64,000 bases of DNA from an uncultured Nitrososphaerales archaeon. GTDB lineage: Archaea; Thermoproteota; Nitrososphaeria; Nitrososphaerales; Nitrososphaeraceae. The stretch spans positions 1-64,000 of the forward strand of contig CAVPXM010000061.1 of the NCBI GenBank assembly GCA_963709405.1. The letters are read 5' to 3'. A program made the translations under genes and the position numbers. The notes beneath the pieces are model-generated. The model was given only the letters and a program-made list of their open reading frames with translations. It made no database searches and was not told where the DNA came from. Below, in pieces: positions 45,420-58,032 of the stretch (its first letter is position 1; every line of letters starts with the position of its first letter).

Positions 45420-46822
45420 CTCTGGTCCAACTATCTATTTTGGTTTAGATTTGGCACTAAATATATTACGTCCTGGAATGTATTTCGCCTCTGTTTCAAT
45501 GGGAAACCATCAACTACATGCCAAGTCTCTGTCATCTTTCCATTTTGAAAACGGTAGATGCTTACACCTCTGTAACTGAGCGTATTATTAAAATGCTCCG
45601 CGCCTTTGTGAGAGACTCATCAGAAATACTGCCTCTTCTAAAAAATCTGCTGCATCGTCAGCTTTTACAATAATTCGTTCAAACACTCTCGGAATGTTAG
45701 TTGGTTTTTTGTCAAAGTGCGAATCTCTTTAACTAAAGCATCTGCCTTATTCTCCCATATCTTAGCCTTTTTGGAATTCCTATCTGCAAGATCGTGTATC
45801 CTGGCGGTACTTGTTATTAAGAACAAGTGTCCTGACAGCTTCTGCGATCTCCAACTAGCAAAGTAGCGTGATTGGTTGGCTATTTGAACCACATCCTGTT
45901 CCCAAAGTTTGAAAATAAGTTGTAAGTTCTGCACGTATCCTGTCCGTAATAAGAGACTCAGATTTGCCTTCAATAAGATTTTCACAGCATGTTTTGATAA
46001 CAAATTGTAAGAATTTAACTGTGTGCTCTCTTCCAATAAATTCACCTAGCTCCTGACCGTAGAGAATTGGAGGATCATCAATTTCGTCTTATTGCCTCAT
46101 ATAGGAGTTTTTGACTGCCCAATTGCAGAAATGCTCTATGCCCGTATATTCTGGAAAATAGAAAGCAATGCAAATTGTAGACATATGATCTTTAAATAAT
46201 GATCTCATTTAGGATATTAATATATGACTCGAACGTTAAATATCCATGAATGCCCCAACAATGTTTACAGCTAAGTTTTTTACCCACTTTCTGAACTAAT
46301 ACGAGGCCTTGATCTGCGCTTGATTCTGAGGTCAGTTCTCTTCCAGCATTCTCAACGTTGGGAGATTTGGTTCCAGATATGACAAACGCATTATTTCGGG
46401 GACTCTTCGGCAAGGAGATCAAGGGTTACGTCGTTTTCATTAGTATAGGGTTCGGTTGTTTCCAGTGGGTCAAGGTTTGTCTGCTTTATTGATTTCGCTC
46501 AGTCTGGACCCATTCTGCTATATGATTGCACTGTCTGTTTTCTATACGAATACGTTTCATAATTGCCATATTTCATTTCAAAATCCTTGATATTCTTTAC
46601 ATTAAATTTGATCGACTATATTGATAATATCATGAGTCCTGATCTGATTTTGGGCATATGACAGAAGATTCTTTTTTTATCTCTTTTTTCAACTGAACAG
46701 CATTTCATATGGTACAATAACTTTTAACTTGCTTGCTTCCTTGATCTCTGCTGGCATATGATAACGAGTGGAGCATATTTCGTTTCTACAAATATCACAA
46801 ATAAACATGTCTTGTGTCATTA
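45420..46822 (-). pseudogene. Degraded hypothetical gene(s)
   Basis: Chain of minus-strand protein-like segments (45665..46045, 46192..46422) with stops. Confidence 0.3.
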
Positions 46823-46950
46823 TCACTATCATTTATTTATTAATTATTATTTAGGTTGTTTGATTGGGCAAGTAAATAAGTGACAAACTAAACGTACCCT
46901 TTTGTTAACTTTTAATAACAAAATCTCCCGATTGATTCATCAGAATCTAC

Positions 46951-47876
46951 ATGAACGATAATAGCAATAAAGTAATGATAATTGGATTGGGCCCTGCTGG
47001 TTTAACTTGCCGCTATCTATGCGGAAGAGGAGGACTGGAGCCAGTAGTAAATCAAGGAGTGGAAATCAGGAGGGCAGTTGAGGAGTGAACAACCGACGTT
47101 GGAAATTTTCCTTGGATTTCTGATGGAATAGGATTCGATTTAATGCAAAGTATGCAAGAAAGCAAGCGGAAAGGTTCGGCACAAAGTTTATCGATGGAGC
47201 GGTTGGTTCAGTAGATTTTCTATCAAGGCCATTCTAGATTAACATTGGAGATACTGCCCAATATGGCAGAAGCTGTCATAATTGCAACTGGTTTTTAAGT
47301 GATGGCTTGGGCTAGAATTCTAAAGCAGATTGAAAGGTAAAGGAGTATCTCGTATGTAGTACTTGCGATGGTTTCTTTTTTAAATGTAAAGATGTGGTAG
47401 TAGTAGGAGGGGAGACGTAGCCATAGAGGAAGCTTTATTTCTTTCAAAACTTACGAATAGTGTCAAGGTTATTCACAGAAGAAATGAGTTGAGCGAATAA
47501 CACAACAAAAGGGCATTCAACAATAAGAGGATCTCGTTTGTTTGGAATAGTGTGATTGACGAAATCCTTGGTGAAAATAGGGTAGAAGGATTAGAAATAC
47601 AATAAATTTACTCTCAAACGAGTTATCGGATATAATGTGTGTGCAGTATTTGTGGCTATAGGACACAAACCAATAGACATATTTTCAGAGGTAAACTTGA
47701 ACTTGATAACAAGGGATACATCAAGAAATATGATGACAAAGCTGATTGACGGGTATTTTGTAGCCGGAGATGTTTATGACTATATATATAGACAGGCGGT
47801 AACAGGAGCAGGATTGTGTTGTAAGGCAGCAATTGATGCAATTAAATACCTTGAAAGTAAGCAGGATAAGGAGTAA
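46951..47876 (+). pseudogene. trxB: Thioredoxin reductase, heavily degraded
   Basis: IIGLGPAGLT, TCDGFFF, VVVGG, GYFVAGDVYDYIYRQAVT. Many stops and frameshifts. Confidence 0.85.
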
Positions 47877-47957
47877 TAAGCCTTCTCAAAAGGTTGGAAC
47901 TGTTGAATATTAACTTTAACTAAAGGAAGGACCTACCTTCGTTTGATTGACTGAATC

Positions 47958-48096
47958 TGCTTTGTTGCATAACTAAGCAAATCGCAACGTATGACGATAA
48001 GCCGATAATATTGTATTAATTAATATCATGTATTTATCTTAAACATGACTCTTCTAAACCATAAGGGACGAAGGATCAGAGTCATGCAACAAAACA
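47958..48096. mobile_element. MITE-like non-autonomous derivative of the IS5 element at 1406
   Basis: 17-bp TIRs TGCTTTGTTGCATAACT / TGTTTTGTTGCATGACT. No ORF. TSD not preserved. Confidence 0.6.
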
Positions 48097-48483
48097 CCTG
48101 TTTTCTGAAGTCGTTAGAGTCTTTAGGGTAATTGGAGCTTTAAACAATATTTTAATCCTTTTTGTCGAGAACATACAACTTGAAGACCCATTATCTTAGC
48201 TGAGTTGCTGTACATTCAATGTTGGTGGTATTATCGTTTTTCTATTATTCGTATTATTTTTTATATCTCTTAGCGACAGAAATGATGACGCCATTATTGC
48301 TGTGGGGTCCCATAAATATGAAAAGACCTCCAAATAGAAAAATTAGGCTAGAACTAAATATCCTCCTATAGTATGAATTTGTGTAAGATGTCTAGAGGTT
48401 AATTCAGACGTCTAAAAATTGCATTCCGAAAATGACCTCTTTTCGAGCTTTCGTGTATGGGCTACAGCCCTAAGTAGAAGCTT

Positions 48484-48720
48484 CTAATGAAGTATATCCA
48501 AGAGGAGCACGGGGATAAGATATGCCAAACCAGCACCAATTATCAGTTGAAAACTCCAAATATGCTGATTACGCTTTGGCCTATCGAAACCTCCCGAATT
48601 TTTACTCCTAAAGTGGTGTAGGCGGCGTGACAAACTGATACTGATCAATGTCAAAGAGACAATAACAGCAGTAGGCCAATCAAGAAGGGCTTCTCTGATC
48701 TCTACTGCTTTGCATTTCAA
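48484..48720 (-). pseudogene. Membrane protein remnant, possibly a chromate-transporter C-terminus
   Basis: ALLDWPTAVIVSLTL...LIIGAGLAYLI. Confidence 0.3.
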
Positions 48721-49162
48721 ACCATTTAACCGGAAGCAAATAGTTGTATAAGACCATTTCTTTATTCTTCTAGGTATAAGTTAGCGACAAGCCTGCCAGA
48801 GCCCCTTCTCGTTCTGGTTAGAAAAGGTTCACCTGAATGCTGCTAAAGCCAAACTTCGTACAATGAAACCTGAGTGTATAACCTTACCGACAATTGGTAT
48901 CAAGTGACATAAAACCGAAAGAAGCCAACAGCATAAATGGTCCCATTATTTCACTACTAAAAGTGATATCTCTTAGCAGAAACAAACTAAGCACGTCCTC
49001 ACTGGAAGCAAAGGTATTGTCTAGTGTATAAAGCAAAAGTTAAGGTTTGATTATGGTGGCAGGATTTTCAGATGTAGAAGTATTGGAAGAGAAATTGTAT
49101 CTGGACGGGGATAGTGTGGAAGGCAGAAGAATTACGAGTTTGGTATTAAAAGCAATAAGATA

Positions 49163-49639
49163 GTGAGGTCTGAAGAAGAGGAGAATTTGGATTATGAAAT
49201 TTTCATTTGGCAGAGTAGTAAATCAAAGGCAAAGCACACAATTCTTTTTGTATGCATACAAAATGCAGGTCGCAGTCAAATGGCTGAAGGATTCTTTAGA
49301 AAGTATGCTCCAAAAAGCTATGAACCATTAAGCGCTGGAACCAAACCTACTTCAGAAATAAATCCAATTGCAATACAAGCAATGAAAGAAGTAGGAATAG
49401 ACATCAGCAAGCAAAGACCTAAGGATATGACTGAAGACATGATGACAAAGTTTGGTAAGATAGTGAATATGGGTTGTATGGATAAAGATTGGTGTCCTAC
49501 CGCATTCGTTCCTAATCTTGTAGACTGGGGAATAGAAGATCCAAATGGTAAATCAATAGAAAAAGTAAGAGAAATTAGGGATGAGATTGAAGAGAGAGTA
49601 AAGGAATTGACTGCAAGCCTACCTAAGGATGTTGACTGA
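49163..49639 (+). CDS. arsC: Arsenate reductase, LMW-PTPase fold
   Basis: FVCIQNAGRSQMAE, SAGT, MGC...CP, DWGIEDP, IRDEI. Confidence 0.88.
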   Translation: MRSEEEENLDYEIFIWQSSKSKAKHTILFVCIQNAGRSQMAEGFFRKYAPKSYEPLSAGTKPTSEINPIAIQAMKEVGIDISKQRPKDMTEDMMTKFGKIVNMGCMDKDWCPTAFVPNLVDWGIEDPNGKSIEKVREIRDEIEERVKELTASLPKDVD

Positions 49640-49675
49640 TAGATATCACATCTTTATTAATCCACAGTTTCGACC

Positions 49676-49696
49676 TGATTGATTGATTGATTGATT
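49676..49696. repeat. (TGAT)5 tetranucleotide microsatellite
   Basis: TGATTGATTGATTGATTGATT read directly from the sequence. Confidence 0.8.
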
Positions 49697-49925
49697 TTGT
49701 GTCTCTAAGATTGGAACAGAAAACACTGACGAAGATAACAAATAGATTAACTCCTAACCAAAGAATATTTTTTGCAGACATTATTGGCACATTCATTGTA
49801 GTAGTTCTTGCAACAGGTTCAGTGGTAATTAACGCCAGATTAAACGGAATATTAGGTATCCCTTTCATTGCATTTGCTCCATTTATAGGAGTTGCTGTAG
49901 GAGTCTACTTATGCCTATGCCTATT
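49687..49925 (+). pseudogene. MIP/aquaporin N-terminal fragment
   Basis: FFADIIGTFIVVVLATGSVV. Ends before the first NPA motif. Confidence 0.65.
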
Positions 49926-51135
49926 TCAAAAAATTCTATGATGAGGATGATGTCTCAAATCAATTACTATCTGTATTGCGCAAATTACAGATATGATTAA
50001 GATTAATGCTAATGGTAAAATTGGAATTGCCAGTACTGGGATAAGAACTATTACAAACCCGGCTATAAATCTGTAGATCGATCCTTGAACCAGAATCTTT
50101 CTACTTCTAATACTACGCCTATTACTGTGGCTACTACTACTATCCGCACCATCCTCATCATCATTGTGACTTGCACTGGCTATAGTAAACTGGATAACTC
50201 CAATTGAGAATAAACATAGCGATACAGAACCACAGATTAACCATTCACCTGCGTACGATAATGCTATATTTTGAGATGCTGACACAATGTATCTTATACC
50301 TGTTGCAGTACATACCAATCCTATAACTAAAGGAAAGTGGACATAGAGCCACGTTATGTAGATCCTTATTCTTCCCTTTTGACGAAATGCACGAATCGGA
50401 GCTCCATCGGTATTATCAAAGTATAACCACCAAAGTCCAAAAGCTATGCTTAAACCGGCTCCTATGGATATCGTAGATTCTAGATCCCACTCATGGGAAG
50501 ATAAAATACTCACAAGACCAAATATTGTCTCTCCTATTACAATTAAAGTAAATAGTCCCATTCGTTCAGGTAAATGAAAAAAATTTGGAGCGAGTTGTAC
50601 GTGCTTTCTTCCCACTATAAAAGTGGTGGCAATATCTATGGCTATTGCTAATGACCAAATTATGAAACGGAAAGGAATAGGAATAGCTGCTGATATCAAC
50701 CATAGCATTGCAGAAATCAGAAAACCTTGTGCGTATCCCCTCGCAAACTTACTAGCAGAAGGTATCTTGCGACCTGCACGTATATACTCAATAACTAGAA
50801 GAATTCTTATTGCAGCATATGATATCGCAAATTTGTCTGATGTTTCAGCCAATGCCCCATGTATGTTAATAGTAAGAGTCTGCAGCTCCCATCATCTGAA
50901 GAAACACCAATAGACGATGGAATAAATCGTCAGTCTCAAACCTAGCCGAGTAAAAAGTAAGCCCTACCCATGCCCACATTACAGGAACAAAGAGTGCTAC
51001 ATTTCCAAGAAATGCTGTAACGGAATTAGTATTATCATGTAGGGTCAAACCTATCTGGGAAACAGGAAGAGCATAAACTAAGTCGTAGAAAAGTTCTAGC
51101 CATGATGCATGACGTTCTTTTTCTACGTTGGTCAA
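49926..51135 (-). pseudogene. ltrA: Low temperature requirement protein A, frameshifted
   Basis: RHASWLELFYDLV, HLPERMGLFTLIVIGE, LWWLYFD. Confidence 0.88.
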
Positions 51136-51753
51136 TATACTGTGATCATCATAAAAATCATGTTCAATTAAACTGCTTCTTGCAAATCATCATAATCGGA
51201 GTCTAAACAGGGATCTTTACTTAAACCAGCCTTTTTATCAGTTATAAAGTCATGTCGAAGAAATCTTGTAAAATTTTACTACCAAGATATAGTAAAGATA
51301 TTCAGGATAAATTTGCCCTTTTTCACATAGTTGTTATAAATGGATGACGTCATTTTCCTTTTTTTGGCTTTTTTACTTAACTTAAAGATCTGAATTTGAG
51401 GGAGTTGTAAAGAGGTATTCTCAGCGGATTTACTTTCAAATGAACAGTTGTGCTGTCAACATGAAAATACCAATGATGTTGCTTACTGGGGGTTTTTAGA
51501 AGATGAAGCAGAACAATTCTTTAATAGGAGGATAAAAGAGTTAGAGCAAGTGTGTATTGACCGAATAATAGAAGCATTTATTTCAGGTTCAATATCATCG
51601 CAGTTGACTAAAGAGTCATTTCTGGATTCAAAGGCTGTACCTCCTATGCAAACATATGGGAATGAGAAGTAACATCCGCTCCAATAAGCGGATATAGTAA
51701 TGCTCGGCAATGAACCCAATATTATTATAACAAACCGACAATTAGACTACGTA

Positions 51754-52806
51754 ATGAATGGTAAGGATAGATCTATATTCCATACTTCATATTACTTGAC
51801 GGCAATAACGTTTCTCGTACTTGGTATAATTGTTACCAGCATATTTGGTTGCACATTATCATTATTTAACCAAAATCAGCCTGCAATGGCCAACAACAAC
51901 AGAGTCTTGCTTCAAAAGACATATCTTTTGATATTGATAATGTTACATTTTCCCATCATATGACACCTGTTAATGGTATTCAGCTTCACTACGTGATAGG
52001 TGGCCATGGACCTCCACTGGTCTTGCTGCATGGATGGCCAGAAACATGGTATGAATGGCGTCATGTCATGCCAGCCTTAGCTAAAAATTATACTGTGATT
52101 GCACCTGATTTACGTGGATTAGGTGATTCTTCAAAACCTCTTACGGGTTATGATGGTAAGACTACTGCAGAAGATATACACCAATTAGTAGCTCAATTAG
52201 GATTCAAACAAATCTTTTTGGTAGGACATGATGTAGGTTCACAGCCAGCTTATTCTTATGCTGCCTGCACACCCAACAGAGGTAAAGAAGTTAGTAATTA
52301 TGGAATATATTTTCCCTGGTTTTACACCTCCTCAGCTTGAAGGAAAAGTATGGTGGTTTCCTTTTCATCAAACACCAGACCTACCAGAAGCACTTGTAGA
52401 TGGAAAGGAGCGCATGTACTTGTCATGGTTCTATCATAACATTGCAGCCAATCCGGCTGCAATAACGCAGGCAGATATCGATGAATTTGTTAGTCATTAT
52501 TCTGCTCCAGGTGGAATGCGTGACGGATTTAACTACTTCAGAGCATTCCCAGAAGATGCGATTCAAAATATGAATTATTCAAAGACAAAGCTTACAATGC
52601 CAGTACTAGCAGTAGGAGCGGGATATATTCCGGCTTTTGGAGGCGATGTTACTATTAACTATGCACTCTACGGAATGCAAAAATTAGCTCAAAATGTTAC
52701 TGGTATTAAGGTTCCTCTATCAGGACACTGGATTCCAGAAGAGCGGCCAGACTTTGTAGTAAATATGCTTAACAATTTCTTTGGTGGTGCTAACGTAAAA
52801 AAATAA
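51754..52806 (+). pseudogene. Alpha/beta hydrolase (epoxide hydrolase-like) with signal/TM leader, two frameshifts
   Basis: LLHGWPE, APDLRGLGDS, VGHDVG, SGHWIPEE. Confidence 0.88.
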
Positions 52807-52842
52807 TTGTGCTAGTTTAATAGCCTCCCGTCCTAACTAACT

Positions 52843-52880
52843 GAGGCTTGGGCATATTCCAGATCCATATTTTATGTCTC
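52843..52880 (+). mobile_element. 38-bp collapsed relic of the IS family at 16041
   Basis: GAGGCTTGGGCATATTCCAGATCCATATTT resembles the IS left end, joined to ATGTCTC (right tip). AACTAACT at 52835-52842 and 52884-52891. Confidence 0.55.
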
Positions 52881-53498
52881 AACAACTAACTAGTACCTAT
52901 TGCTGACTGTTGGTGTACGCTTTACCTTGTTACCCTTGATTGTAGTCGGTCTAGGTACTTTTGGCTTGGTATATGAATCTCAACGAATATGATACTCAAT
53001 AACAATAACATAATTCAACCGACGGGCAAAATATTGGACTACAGATTAGTAAAGTAAAGAGTAAGAAGGTAGGGGTATTCCACTTTCTGCAATTCTCAAC
53101 GACTGTGATGCCAACTTATCTTCATAACACTAATTAGACTCAGGTCAGTTTTATCAGGTACTTATTAAACCAGTTACGTCTGGTGATCATACGTTGAGCC
53201 TCTATACTTGTCAAAAATTACGATTGTCTGCCTGCTGTCACGAGTAGGAGTCCATGGTTGATATTCCGCCCCCAGAGATTTTTGAACTGTCAGTTTCCTG
53301 AAACAAGACATTCAATTTATTATGCCGATTCCACTCAATTGGTTTATTATTGAATCCATTGTAAACTTCATTTGCATAGCACTTATTATGAATTGAACGT
53401 AATAAATTGTCTAGACAATAATTTTGTAAAGCCCAACCCGACAGTATGTTGTTCCTAAAATTCAGCCGTTACCTATGCTCCTGAAATTTCCTTCTATG

Positions 53499-54524
53499 CT
53501 ACATCGAATCTCCTGCTGTGGTTCCATTAACTACTTCGCATATCAATCGGTCAACTAGAAATGTGTAGAACTCCTTTGCTTGATCCAATATTTGAGTCTT
53601 GCAGACCTCAACGCTATTATCACCATACTGTGATTGTTGATTCTGACCTCCATACGTCAAGTAATCGTAGTCTCTGCTTGACGTTGGATTATTAGAAGAC
53701 ACTAAAGAAGAGCACTTTTCTGGATTATTTGTCATGGATTGGATTACACATAAAAGAGCCAATTCCAGAAGCGGTCTAATTTTTAATAGATTCTTCTCGA
53801 CTTCTGCCTTAGCAGCTCTTATGATTTTGGTATATTCTCCACCATCATTGTTTTTAAATTCATTCACGACTGCTTCCATGTTGGCTACTTGATGCCGTAG
53901 ATCTCGAGCTTTTGATTTTTCATTTTCACATTCTTTTCTAAGCTCATCTAGTTTATTGCTCATAAATGAAATCTGGTCAGTTAGAAATTGCAATTCTCTA
54001 GTCGCGGTGCTTATATTAGACTCCAAATTGCTGTTTTGTTTTTGAAGCGCTTCGTACATATATTGGACTGATGGCAAGTAGTTATTGGCGATTTTAAGAA
54101 GGTTGATTACCTGTTGTCCACCGATTTTTGCTGCCTTTGCTTGCTTACATAGAAATACAAAGTTCGCGATATCTCCTTTCAGGTCTAGGCACAACTGGGT
54201 GACATCGTCAAGCTCAACCAGTCTCAGATACTCAGCATAGTGCTGGGTCGCCAGAGCTTCTCCAATGTTTAAGTCAATTGTTACTTGTAAGGGTGTTTTG
54301 CCATTGGAAAAGAGTTCATAAGCTTGTACGGCTAAGGATTTGTGGTCTTTTCTTTCTTTTTCCAAACATGCCTTGTCTATAATGGGTTTAATATCTCGGG
54401 GAGACATCCTTGCTATTTTTGCTATTTGCGGATAGGTCTTGTTCTGCTTAAAATATAGCTCTAAAACAAGCTCTTCTCTTTCTTTTCTGCTTAATACCCT
54501 ATCTGAGTCGAAATCTGATACCAT
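53499..54524 (-). CDS. HTH plus coiled-coil protein
   Basis: KTYPQIAKIARMSPRDI and GKTPLQVTIDLNI HTH-like units, followed by a long heptad region. Confidence 0.75.
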   Translation of the reverse strand: MVSDFDSDRVLSRKEREELVLELYFKQNKTYPQIAKIARMSPRDIKPIIDKACLEKERKDHKSLAVQAYELFSNGKTPLQVTIDLNIGEALATQHYAEYLRLVELDDVTQLCLDLKGDIANFVFLCKQAKAAKIGGQQVINLLKIANNYLPSVQYMYEALQKQNSNLESNISTATRELQFLTDQISFMSNKLDELRKECENEKSKARDLRHQVANMEAVVNEFKNNDGGEYTKIIRAAKAEVEKNLLKIRPLLELALLCVIQSMTNNPEKCSSLVSSNNPTSSRDYDYLTYGGQNQQSQYGDNSVEVCKTQILDQAKEFYTFLVDRLICEVVNGTTAGDSM

Positions 54525-54572
54525 ATACCTTCTACAACCATTTATAAAAACGAGTATAAAATAAAAAATCGA

Positions 54573-54605
54573 CTGTTATCATTTCGATCCGTCTGTTATC
54601 ATTTC
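54573..54605. repeat. 13-bp direct repeat upstream of the HTH gene
   Basis: CTGTTATCATTTC at 54573 and 54593. Confidence 0.7.
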
Positions 54606-54923
54606 ATTACCATTTCCATCGCCTTGATATCTATCCGTCATCAGGCATTATCATTTATCATCTTGTATAACCGCCTATTACCATGCAAATTTACCTGAAC
54701 TTGATTTGCATATTAAATTAGGTCTAAATTGAAATATTAACTTCACATTTGATATTGGAGACGCTCCTGATTACAGAACAATATTAGATCTCTTTATATT
54801 TTATCCAAGAATATTATTTACCTTAAACATGGCGCTCGCCTAAGTTATCTGACCCTGTTTAAAGCGAGCGATAAATGAATCGATAAGGAAGAGCCTAACG
54901 GATCAACTAACCATTGTGTGAAT

Positions 54924-55070
54924 TCAGTAATGATAATTGAGTTGAGGTAGCATTGGGATTACCTTGTAGAAACGATAGAAGGAGTCAGGCCAACCATGCG
55001 TAAGGGTAATCGGAATTGGATTTGTGCCCTTACCCTTCATGTGAATAAGGTGGATATTCACGCCATACAC
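54924..55070 (-). pseudogene. Epoxide hydrolase fragment
   Basis: IHLIHMKGKGTNPIPITLTHGWPDSFYRFYKVIPML. Confidence 0.75.
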
Positions 55071-55199
55071 CATAATCACTTTCACGACAGGGGTTGTTAA
55101 TGTTGTAGTCGCTATTGTAGTTGCATCGATAGCCACTACAAGCGTCGTCTATGCACAGGATTCAAATACGGTACAGTCAGCCAACTACACCAATACCAA

Positions 55200-55490
55200 T
55201 AATATCAAATTCATGACTTCTTTAGCCATCCATCCTGATTGATTTTCTGACAATTCTTTTCTTATCTTGGTAGATGTTTCTTCCGACACTTCTGCAGGTT
55301 TACCACTTCTATGCTTATTCTTTAGTCCTTCCAAACTAGCATTATCAGATCTCTTGAGCAATTTGTAAGCCTACCATCTAGATCTATGGAATTCCTTTTC
55401 AGCTACACTCGATGCCTCTTTCTTATCTTCTCTAACAAGAATTACTAGTAGAATTCTTTCCCTTATGTCAAGTCTTTTTCATTTCTATAG
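55200..55490 (-). pseudogene. IS630-family transposase N-terminal (HTH) remnant
   Basis: IRERILLV, LEGLKDKHRSGKP, KEVMNLI. Confidence 0.6.
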
Positions 55491-55849
55491 GCTTTGCTCA
55501 AAGCTTCAGTCGCCAACAGATTAGGTACACAATGCGCTCAAGCTAAATTTGTATTGGCCGAGACCATTAGACAGTTGTATCAAATTATGTTAGGCAGAAC
55601 TCAACAATATCATTTGCCTGCTGTAGCTGATTTTTTTGATATGAATCCGTCATATCACTATTCACGGGATTTTGTACATAACACAAATAAAGGATTCATG
55701 AATTCTGTTACTGAATTATTGGAACTATATTCGAATATGAACCCAGAACTTGAGAAATGGTATTATCATACATTAGCAAAGTGATATATCTTCTGCCAAG
55801 CAATTCTTTCGTACTTTTGTAGCGCCTAATATCGCTTCAGGAATATGCC

Positions 55850-56608
55850 CATAGTCAGCATTTGGCAAATTCTCTGATTTCATTGAACAATCAAATTATA
55901 ATCCGAGATCTACCAACAGACACTGTGTCTATTATTCTCTTAAAAGAACATTGGAACAATTTGCAGATTTTCCAATTAAAACAAAAGAAGGCGAAGATAG
56001 ATTTCTTCTAGTGGCTGTCGATGTACAAACAGATGATGCTGTTACATTTGATAGCAATACTAATGAAGCGAAATACCATGATGAAGACATTGTATTCATG
56101 TGAGGTGTAGTGATCGAACATACGCTTGCAACTGGGACTTTTCCGGGCTTTTTTTGACTATCCAAAGTTCAAAGTCAATAAGCATTGAGGAACATATCTT
56201 TTGGGACGGCTGGTTTAGAAGTATACTCCGCTAAGGGAAGTAATACAGACACATAGAGATTATTGGTATAAGATAAGAAAAGACACAAAAGAAGAAGAGG
56301 AGGATGAAGATAGACTTGAAACTGATGTGCCAGACTTAGAGGTGTATATAGCTGATTTGTGGCCTTCAGAACTTAAGGAAAAGCGAGTTTTTTGATGATC
56401 TCGACTTTGTAGTAAATAGAAAGTCAGGCATAATGTTTGGTAATAGAACAGACTATGATGAACAGGTACGTTGTGACTGATTATATTGATTTGGCTAAGC
56501 AATTAAAGAACCTTAAAGAATCAAAGAAGCGGGGTTTCCCCGGATGAGATAAATCATATTTTGGATCGGTATGCAGCTAGTAAGAATACAACAGTCCAAA
56601 CATACTAA
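55850..56608 (+). pseudogene. Patatin-like phospholipase remnant
   Basis: RFLLVAVDVQ...VTFDS, FWDG, TPLREVIQTHRDYW. Confidence 0.6.
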
Positions 56609-57588
56609 TGCACAATATTTTTCTAATTTCTTCTCATATCTAACTAAAAGTTTTCTGAGTGAGTGTATGGAGAATTTTTGGTAAAAAAATACTGCGTTGA
56701 CATTGTTGAACAGGCCTTCTGATATTTCTTGCTAGTTATAGCATAGTTTTTTATCATCTTCGCTAGGCGCCACTCTCTACATTTAATCTTTCAATCCAGA
56801 CGTTAGTAGAATACACTCTTTTCCAATATTATTATAGCAGATTTTAGATTGAGCATTATCATTAGCCAAGGAATGTTATGGAATGAAACTGGATCTGTTA
56901 ATAAATGCTATCATAGTTGATGATGCTATTAGGCGTGTGTCTGAGAACTCCAAACATCCTCATAAAATACAATATATACGGGCTTATTCTACCTATAGAA
57001 TCAAGACAGTTATAATAGTGGCTAATTTATAATAGTTATTTCAAAGATAATAGTGTAATTCATAAAAAACCACAGAGGTAGCTGATTTTTCTCATAACAA
57101 AAAGGGACACGATCGGTTACGAAGACGATAAAATACAGTAAAATCTAAGTCCTAAATGCGTGTAAATATGTCAAAAAATGTAGCCTATCTCAATAGATGC
57201 ATACGATGGTATTCCTTCTTGGACTCTTTCATCGGAGACATTCCTTTCAGATCGGATAGGTGAGTCGCTACAAAAAACAACTACTAATGGTAGACTGATT
57301 CCAAATGCAAAAATATGCTCTGTCCCTTATTTTTTTTGGTTAATTTTTAGATGAATACAATAAAAGTATAATGGGGGAGATAAAGAGTTAAGGATTTCTA
57401 TTCTTCTGTTTAGACATTACATGAGTCATTGCCTTGGTGACATACCTTATGAATCTAACTTAGATGTTTAGGTTATCTTAATTTTCTGCAGAACTTCAAT
57501 TACTTATTCTCAAGTTGAAATTCAGTATTTGGTCTTAGCACAAGTTAAAATTCAGCACACAATACGTTGAAAAACCTTATAATTATCT

Positions 57589-58032
57589 GTGAGCCAAATT
57601 GCAGTTGCAGCTACTATATGTGCAACGACAATAACACCAAAATTATTTCAACAACAGGCTATAGCACAAGGTGCACCAAACTTAGTACAAGGTGAACTTA
57701 CTGCTGCTTCAGGTAGTAAACCATTTGGAGGAGAAAGGGTTGGATCCTATGCGATTCAACCACAAGCACAAATGTTAAGCATCCTTGTAGGTTTAGAAAA
57801 GGCACCATCTGCTGGAAAGGTCTTTAAAGCATGGCTTGTAGACACAAAGGCAAGTTCCTATCTAAGTTTGGGTGAGGTAAGCGCAGATGGCAAACTTACC
57901 TTTAATCAAAATATTGGCAAACCACACGCATATAATCAAATACTCATATCTGAAGAATCACCCAACAGTTCAACTCCAAAGCCTTCTCAGATTATTGGTG
58001 GTGATGCTCTTCGAGCTCCATTTGGGACCTAA
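57589..58032 (+). CDS. Secreted protein with an RskA C-terminal-like domain
   Basis: APSAGKVFKAWLVD...YLSLG...ILISEE. Confidence 0.5.
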   Translation: MSQIAVAATICATTITPKLFQQQAIAQGAPNLVQGELTAASGSKPFGGERVGSYAIQPQAQMLSILVGLEKAPSAGKVFKAWLVDTKASSYLSLGEVSADGKLTFNQNIGKPHAYNQILISEESPNSSTPKPSQIIGGDALRAPFGT

